Position numbers and translations under genes: made by a program. A stretch of 60,584 bases of DNA, counting the filler, from Platydemus manokwari (taxonomy: Eukaryota): the NCBI GenBank assembly GCA_037951405.1. It is 5 parts of 5 records of this genome, joined end to end, with 100 filler letters (N's around TTAATTAATTAA, not from the genome) between each part and the next. Parts side by side here need not be neighbours in the genome. Positions count along the whole stretch, not along the records: positions 39,463 to 60,584 come from JBBMOY011433644.1; 4 more parts are not named here. One strand, 5' to 3'. Under the pieces are notes generated by a model. The model worked only from the letters and a program-made list of their open reading frames with translations, did no database searches and was not told the origin of the DNA. This document shows positions 52,901 to 60,584 of this stretch, one piece after another (position 1 is the first letter of the stretch; the number at the start of each line of letters is the position of its first letter).

Positions 52901-53469
52901 CTATCTTCAGAATTTCGTGAGCTCTAATGGCTTTTAAAACAAAGAGCCAGTTAGAGATGATAAGCATCTAACAAGTATAATATATTAGATTAATTTTTAA
53001 TTGTTTGTGATTCATTCCAACGAAGTTATTTTTCTTCTCTTTCGGTTAGCCATAGCAAATTTAATTAGAAGGATTATATCTAGGTCTGGGTATAAGATTT
53101 TAAATGGAAATTTTAGCTGTTTTTTCTTTGGGTATTTAATATCGATATTAGTTTTTAATGAATTCATGGTTCTTTCTATGAAATTGTTCAGAAGAAAAAA
53201 ATATTAACTAATTGTCTACACAATTTCAAGATAAAACTCTTAAATCTGAAGTCCACAGCAAATAAAAAATTAATGAAAACTTTTAACTGAAACAAACTAA
53301 TAAAAATTGAACTTAATATTTTTAGTGAAAAATAAATAGATAATGTTAGAATAAAGTAATTTTTACTAAAAATAGATTTTAAAACAAAATAATATGAAAA
53401 ATGGATAATAAATTTAAATTAAACAAATAGAATTTGTTTATTTATATTAAAATTTATATTTAGTAAATA

Positions 53470-53960
53470 GTTTGCCAAATTAGGAAATATCAGGTAATTA
53501 TTGACTTGGCATTTTATGAATATCAAGCCAATGAGTGAGAATTTGCTGCTCAGTGTTGGAAATAAAATAGTATATGAAAGCATGACTGTCAATTGAAGAC
53601 TGCCATAAAAGGAGAACTACAAAAGAGAAGGATTTGCAGACAAGTATAATAATAACAGTATAATAAATTGTATCAGAGTAAAGGGCTATTGTAATAGTTA
53701 TGGCGAACACCGGTAAAACTATTAGAATAGCAAAAGTATTTAGGGATGTGGTTTTAAGGTCACTAGGAGATCCTTGACCAACACATACAATTTTGCGAAC
53801 GGACTCGATCCGCTTTTTCTTATCCATTCGACAGAACTTATTAAGGGCTCAGCAATTGTAAATAGATTTGTATATTCTAATATAAAATGTAACTTAGTGA
53901 TCAACTTATTGTTTTTGGAGTCAGATTAATAAATTATCAACTATTGTTGGACTCTACATC
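53470..53960 (-). mobile_element. Repeat copy 1 of 3, probable LINE ORF2 C-terminus
   Basis: LNKF...RIES...GQ.S and WQSSIDSHAFIYYFISNTEQQILTHWLDIHKMPSQ*. Homologous to 54990-55740 and 57955-58570. Confidence 0.6.
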
Positions 53961-54989
53961 AGGTAGACTAACAAATCAATAAAAATAAAAATTAATTTTT
54001 TATAATTTTCTTTTTAGTTATATTTTTATACAGAAATACATTTTACGATGGATGCGAAAAAAAATACATTTTTCACCAGATTATTAATATACAAGATTTA
54101 TTAATGTCGTTTCGATGATAATTGATCGTATAGGAATAAGTGTGCTTAGTTTACACCAGCCAAACGAAATCTATCGTCTTTACTATCTGAATATCGATGA
54201 ATACCAAATGATGACGCTGTTTCAATAAATCAATAACATTAACAACCAGCAGAACTCTAGTGATTAAAAACCTTATTTATTATCCAACGTTGGTTTGAGG
54301 AATTTATTTGATTCTTAGCAGATGCCATTTTTATTCAATATGCATTTGCTTTGCAAGCGATCAATTCTCAACAATAATGTACCAATGAAATAACACTTCT
54401 TTATTTAAGTTTTGTATTTACTTATCTATTAAAAGTAATAATTAAAAAATTAAAAGACTGATTACGTAAGAAAAGAAATGTAAGCAAAATCAATGCGTAA
54501 TGCAAGGCATGGAAATAAAGAAAATGGCTACGAAAATAATAAATTTATAAATTAAGGAAAACAATTATAAAAGCCGATTAAATAATTTTTTTCGAAAAAC
54601 TTAGTGGGGTAATAAATAATTATATATTATATAACAAATATATTATCATTATCACTATAATAATCATTCCTATTAATCATTATCGATACATCTTATCATT
54701 GTTATTATATATTTACAATTATACAAAATCCCCCATTCAACTACCAATAAAATTATGCAATTCGTTCCATGTCATAACAGGATCGATCGTCGTTAATAGC
54801 TGTAAATCATAATCTCTCTCTGTAATCACATCAATACTATTTATTAATTCCAGAACATGAGTAATTTTTTCAATATATCATGCATTATTTTGAAGAGCTC
54901 AGCAAATAAAAATAATAAATAAAAATGAAGCAATAAAATATAATTAACTAAAATAAATTCAAAGAATTCAATTTGGTATTTTTGAAAAT

Positions 54990-55740
54990 GAAAATAAATA
55001 AAACAAATTATTGAAAGAAAATAATTGCTAAAATAAAATTATTATCATTAAAAATAAATATTAAAATTAAATTAAATTAAAAATAAACAACAAAATTAAT
55101 TATGTAAACATTTTCGTTTGTTTATTTAAAGTAAAAATTATAAACAGTAAACAAATTTCCAAATTGAGAAATAATTGACAATTATTGACTTGGTATTTTA
55201 TAAATGTCAAGCCAATGGCAGAGAAATTGCTGCACGATGTTGGTAGCAAAACGATATTTAAAGAAATGACAGTCAGTTGAAGATTGCCATTAACTAAGAA
55301 GCAAATTTTAGAGGAATATTACAAGTGATTTTTAGGTTATTTTAATTAATTATGATAGGATATTAGCGATAGTGTTTTAAAATACCGGTAATTTGGAAAG
55401 TAATAGAGTAATATGGAAACGTTAAAGTATCTGTGATCACCGGTACCGTTTGTTTATTTCGTAACAGTATTTACGGGCGTAGTGGTAAAGTCAGGAGTAG
55501 ATCTCTGACCGGTATTTTCAATTTTGTATCAGAGCTCGATCCGATTTTTAGTGACAAACTTATTTAAGAGCTCGGTCCTTATCATTTAATCTTGTACAGC
55601 GAGAGCTCGCAAAGTGTATTAGTTAATAAATGTTAGTGATCAACTTATTTGTCTTTTGAAGCCAAATTGATAAGAGCATCATTGTGTTCTACACCAAGTA
55701 CTCCGTATAATTTTAAATCCTGTAGTACTCTAAATAACAG
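54990..55740 (-). mobile_element. Repeat copy 2 of 3, probable LINE 3' end
   Basis: attattgacttggtattttata...tcaagccaat...ttgctgca...ttgaagattgccat, plus an A/T-rich tail shared with copy 3. Confidence 0.65.
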
Positions 55741-57954
55741 CCATTCGATAATAAATCTATAATCAATGAAAATTCTTTTAATTAATAGATCACATGATGA
55801 GGAATGGGTAATTTCAAAGAATTATCATGAACCAACACAAGTTACTAATTTGCAACCGATCGGAAAAGATAGAACAAAAAAAGAATTACATTAAATCAGT
55901 AACACAAGAATTTACACAGGAACTTTAGACTAAACTAACTTCAAGTCTCAAGTGATGCCTGAGGTCTCCTGCTGTCGTCCCTTAAAATAGATTCTATCTT
56001 AAGAGCCTGAAGACATTAAATTTTAAACAATCTAATAATAAATCCTTTATATTTGTTCCTTAATCATTATTATAATCAAGATCTAATTATCATTTATCGT
56101 GCATTGATTGTAGTCAACACTAATATTTATTGCGCTTATTCTTTATTTTCTCATTTATTACTTATATATGAAAATGTCAAAATTTATAAAGACCACTCCT
56201 ATTGGAGTAAAATCAATAGTAAAATAATTATGGTATACTTGATTATAACATTTAAAAATCGCGATTTATATTTTGAACTTAAGTCACCATTTATTTATTA
56301 CAATTATATAACAAAATAATTCGAGCACATTTAGATTCTTAAATCTATCTTACAAATATTTAATCCTTTTAAACGATAACAATAGACATCGACTGTAAGA
56401 TTAGAACAGACGTTACACTTGAAAAGTTTATAACTTTTCTTTTCCAATTACACAAAATTACTAGTCTAGCACATTTGTAAAGCCATTACCGAGACTTTGA
56501 TGTATGTATAGAATTTAATATCGAGATGTCGAATTAACCAAGTAGTAGTGAACAATAAAATCTCTGATAATCTTTTATAAAAACAAAGTCTTTAAAAATA
56601 TGATTTTAAGTGTATAAGTGGATTATTATTCTCATAATCAGGAAATTGAGGAATACATCTTTATTAATTATTTTATTTTTCATCTTTCCTTTTTAATGTA
56701 AAAGTAATTAAAATAAGACAATTAATAAGGAACAGATTTAATAAGAATAAAATTAGAATTCAGTGGGGAATGATTTTGTAATAAATTATTTATAAATTTA
56801 AACAATTTTTGCACTACATTTATGAATGTCACACAAATAGTGTGATTAAAAGCAAACATTGTGAGTGCGTGGAGATCAAGAAAAATCCCACGTATGTCAA
56901 ATGAATGATGCGAGATAGTAATAAAAATCAAATCCTTTAAATTGAAATCGCATGTGACTACTACAGATCATGATCGATTGAAATGGTGGCTAAAATATAT
57001 AAATAGAAATAAGTATGAATTTATGACGAGAGTATAAGAAAACATAATCTGAATGATCATAAGCACAACAAATCCAATTCATTAATTTGTCAAAAATAAT
57101 TCTAAAAGCAAAAAGACAAGATACAAACAATTTTCATCAATTTAATAATTCAAAGTAAAATTTTCAAAGCTTTTGATCTGCATAAAAATAATTTGGGTCA
57201 TATTGTGTGTCAATTTCAAAGAGAGAAAAGTATAGAATTTCAACAACGAAGCATCAGAGACAACAATGAAAGACCTGTACTTATCTTCTCGACTCTCAGA
57301 GAATAATTTGGAGTAGAGAATAACGTATATTAATAAAATAAATAAAAAAGATACACGATAAAGAGAAATTTGTGAATATAGTGAAGCCAGAAAAATAAGA
57401 ATAAATTGAAAATTTAATGACAAAAAGGTGAAGTAAATCAGAGATTTTAAAGGAAGTGGGTGTGAGGATTTAAATTCCATATTAATAATTTTGAATAAAA
57501 AAGTTTAATAAAATATGAAAAATTTAAAAGTATCAAATTAAATGTACTTTGTGGGTTGACTTTCTTAAATTCATTTTCAATTCGTATTCAATAAAATTAC
57601 AACTGCTAACAAAGGCCAGAAAGAAAATTATATAAAATTAAAATAGATTTTTAAGTATTAACAAATAATTTTTATCGAATTTTTAATAAATAATATGAGA
57701 AAAAACATCAAGCGAAAAAAACCAGAATAAAACAATGTTAATTGTCTGAAATACTCAATGGTAAACAGTAATTAAAATGTGAATAAATCAATGGTTTAAT
57801 TTCGAACCATCACTCGAAAAGAGCGACGAATTAATTTTAAGACGTACTTGAACGTGAACAGACCAGCAAATAAAATAACTAATTAAAACAACGTAACAGA
57901 AATTAATTGACTAAAATAAATACAAAGAATTGAATTTGTTATTTTAAAAGATAA

Positions 57955-58570
57955 ATAGAAATAAATAAAACTGAAAGAAAGAAAATAATAATTGCTAAAA
58001 TAAAATTATTATTACTAAAAATAAATATTAAAATAAACAATGAAATTAATTGTTTAAACTTTTCATTTTATTTACAGTAAAAATTATAAATGGTAAATAA
58101 ATTTCCAAATTAGGTCATTATTGATTATTATTGACTTGGCATTTTATACATATCAAGCCAATAGTAGAGAATTTGCTGCACAGTGTTGCGAGTAAAATGA
58201 TACATAAAAGAACGACAATCGGTTGAAGATTGCCATTTCGAATATGGCAAATTCAAGAATTTTATCGAAACAGATTTCATTAAGGACAGTTTATTTCATT
58301 TTGTATTATTTTATATTATATAGGACATTCGAGAATAGTAATTCGGAATATCGGTAAAAAATAGAATATTTAGTGTTAAGCCAACGTAATAAAATTTACG
58401 AACGCTTGTAATTTGATTCGCACTATAATAGTACTTTAGCATGCATTAGAAAAGTCAGAAGTAGATCTTCGACCGGTATTTGCAACTTTGTATCAGGACT
58501 TGATCCGATTTTTATTGACGAAATTATTCGAGGGCTCGGAACTTGTGAATTATTATTTGTACAGAAAGCT
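57955..58570 (-). mobile_element. Repeat copy 3 of 3, probable LINE 3' end
   Basis: Same core and tail as copy 2, with in-frame stops. Confidence 0.65.
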
Positions 58571-60534
58571 TTTACAGTGTGATAGTAAATAAAACTTATT
58601 TACAATATTGTTGAATATAAAAATGGCAAACAATTATACAAATTTACCTCCAAACAATTTAATAAAATGTTCAACATAAACACTTGAACAACTGACTCCG
58701 CTGACTCCAATACACTCGCATTTGACCATCTCAGTCTCAGTATTTATATTCGTGTTTTGTGTGTTTCACTTTTAATTGATTGTTTTATTTATTGTATATG
58801 CATTGGATCTATCGATCATAAGATGTGGGGATTAGTCAATCCCTATGTGTGTCTCTTTGTGTAGTTATGTTTCTCGTAAAATTATAATTTTTCTATTTAA
58901 GTCATCTGTGATTCGCTGGTTGTCAAGCTTGTATGATTATGTAGGTGTGTCAATGCTTAAATTGCTAGAACAAGGGTTTCAAGGTACGAAATCGTTTTTC
59001 TTTATCAGGATTTGGTCTTCACTCAACAATACTCATCTAATTATAATTTAGGTGTGTTATATTAATTATTTTCGATCAAAATGCAAATGTTATAAGTTTA
59101 CTGTATAAACAGTCTATAAATCCTTCAAATTTAAAATATATAATACTTTCCCCATTACTCCTGATCTTGACGAGTTTCCTATCCTATTCTTAATATAAAA
59201 TAACTCGCCAAATCTCTATGCGTATTTCATTTATTATCGAGTGTAGATTTTTTGATTGATGAATAAATCCTTATACAATAATTTATATTTGTGTCTCGGA
59301 GTACTAAAAACCATCCCAAACAGGAACAATAATTAACACAAATTTTATTTAAAGAAAAATCTAAAAATAGATATGAAAATAAAAATAGTAATAATAAAAT
59401 TCTAAAATGGAATTATGAAATTAAAATAGCTAAAAATAGTATCAAAAATTAATAAGTCAACAAAAGTATAAATCAACCCAAAGAAGTCAGTTCCGCACCC
59501 ATTATTGCCAAACATCCATCATTAAAATATGAAAATTTCAGAAACAACATTATTTTATAGTAACCCCATAACTTAAAAAGAAGTATTTTTAAATAAACAT
59601 CTACAGAAAAATATACGCGGATTATTCTATTTATGAGGAGAAAATTTTATTAAACGAAAAACCGATTGAGCGATAGGAATAAATGTATAAAAACGAAAAG
59701 AGTTTACTGACAAATTAGAATTATTTTGTCGCCTATATTGATTTTAAAGTTCAAGTAATTTGAATTTCGTTAAAATGGTTTTTATAATTATTATTGTAAT
59801 AATAAATTTATGTAACTCTAACATAACTTTATATCGATTGGTTCAAATCCAACCATTCAATTATTTACACCTAATTTAGTAGCGTTGATTTATATCAATA
59901 AGAGGGATTGCCGGTAAATATAGATTCACATACAAGGGGTCTAGCCTGAAAGAACAGAAAACTAAAATTCATTTCTATAGGAACAATAGAACCATAGATA
60001 AATTACTTAATTAAAAGCCTGCCTATTGTTTCATCTAAATAATTATTATTGTATTCGTGTAGCCAAGTAAATTTATAATTTATTAATTTATACTTGTTAT
60101 AATTTTAATTATATATTAAGAAACAATATTCGTTATTTTAACTGTTGGTCAGATATCACTGGATATAATTCTTGATATTTTATTTATAAAACTGCATATT
60201 TTCTTATTACATTTCTATAAAACCCACAATACGCCAACATAATTATCGTGTAAATTAGAGCATATGATAAATTAAACCATAAATAAATTGAAAATTTTAA
60301 ATGGGAAAACAATTTTATCATTTTGAGACTGATTTTATTCACAGTGAAATTGGTAATTGCGATTGATAAAGTAAATCACTTTCGACAAATAAATATCGAA
60401 TTTACACTGTTGAATTACTATTGTTGGATTTATACTGCTTGAGAGTTGTTATTTAACTTTTTAACCGTTAATTATGCTAATGTTTTCCATTGATAATTAT
60501 TTAATTATAATATAACATGTTCATTATTTTTTAT

Positions 60535-60536
60535 CA

Positions 60537-60570
<34 letters not shown>

Positions 60571-60584
60571 TTATTATTATTCTT
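60535..60584. repeat. (TTA)n microsatellite
   Basis: Trinucleotide run at the end of the window. Confidence 0.93.

Noticed and set aside
58680-59300. Possible LINE 5' end with a PHD-like ORF1
   Set aside because: The Cys/His pattern is incomplete and frameshifted, so the call cannot be supported.

Overview
Very AT-rich eukaryotic genomic DNA. The 44-62 nt GT-AG introns, (AAT)n microsatellites, cecropia-type mariner ends and intronless orphan GPCR suggest a planarian or similar flatworm (inference). The window is five sequence blocks joined by four identical artificial 100-nt spacers (N44-TTAATTAATTAA-N44), so linkage across the spacers is not assured. Host genes: an intronless rhodopsin-class GPCR, an orphan 2-TM ORF, a 5'-incomplete spliced gene with a CAP-Gly-like domain followed by ankyrin repeats, a small two-exon neuropeptide prohormone (xADW-KR repeats) whose first exon the ORF track misses, BUD23 (7 exons) and PFDN2 (3 exons). 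Most of the rest is decayed mobile DNA: two mariners, Gypsy LTR remnants, several Penelope-like and LINE fragments, and a Polinton/adintovirus-like block (packaging ATPase, conserved accessory ORF, major capsid N-terminus). Best leads: the prohormone, the endogenous virus-like block, RFX X-box arrays at retroelement ends, and the CAP-Gly/ANK gene. All protein-family calls come from motifs read by eye; no searches were run.
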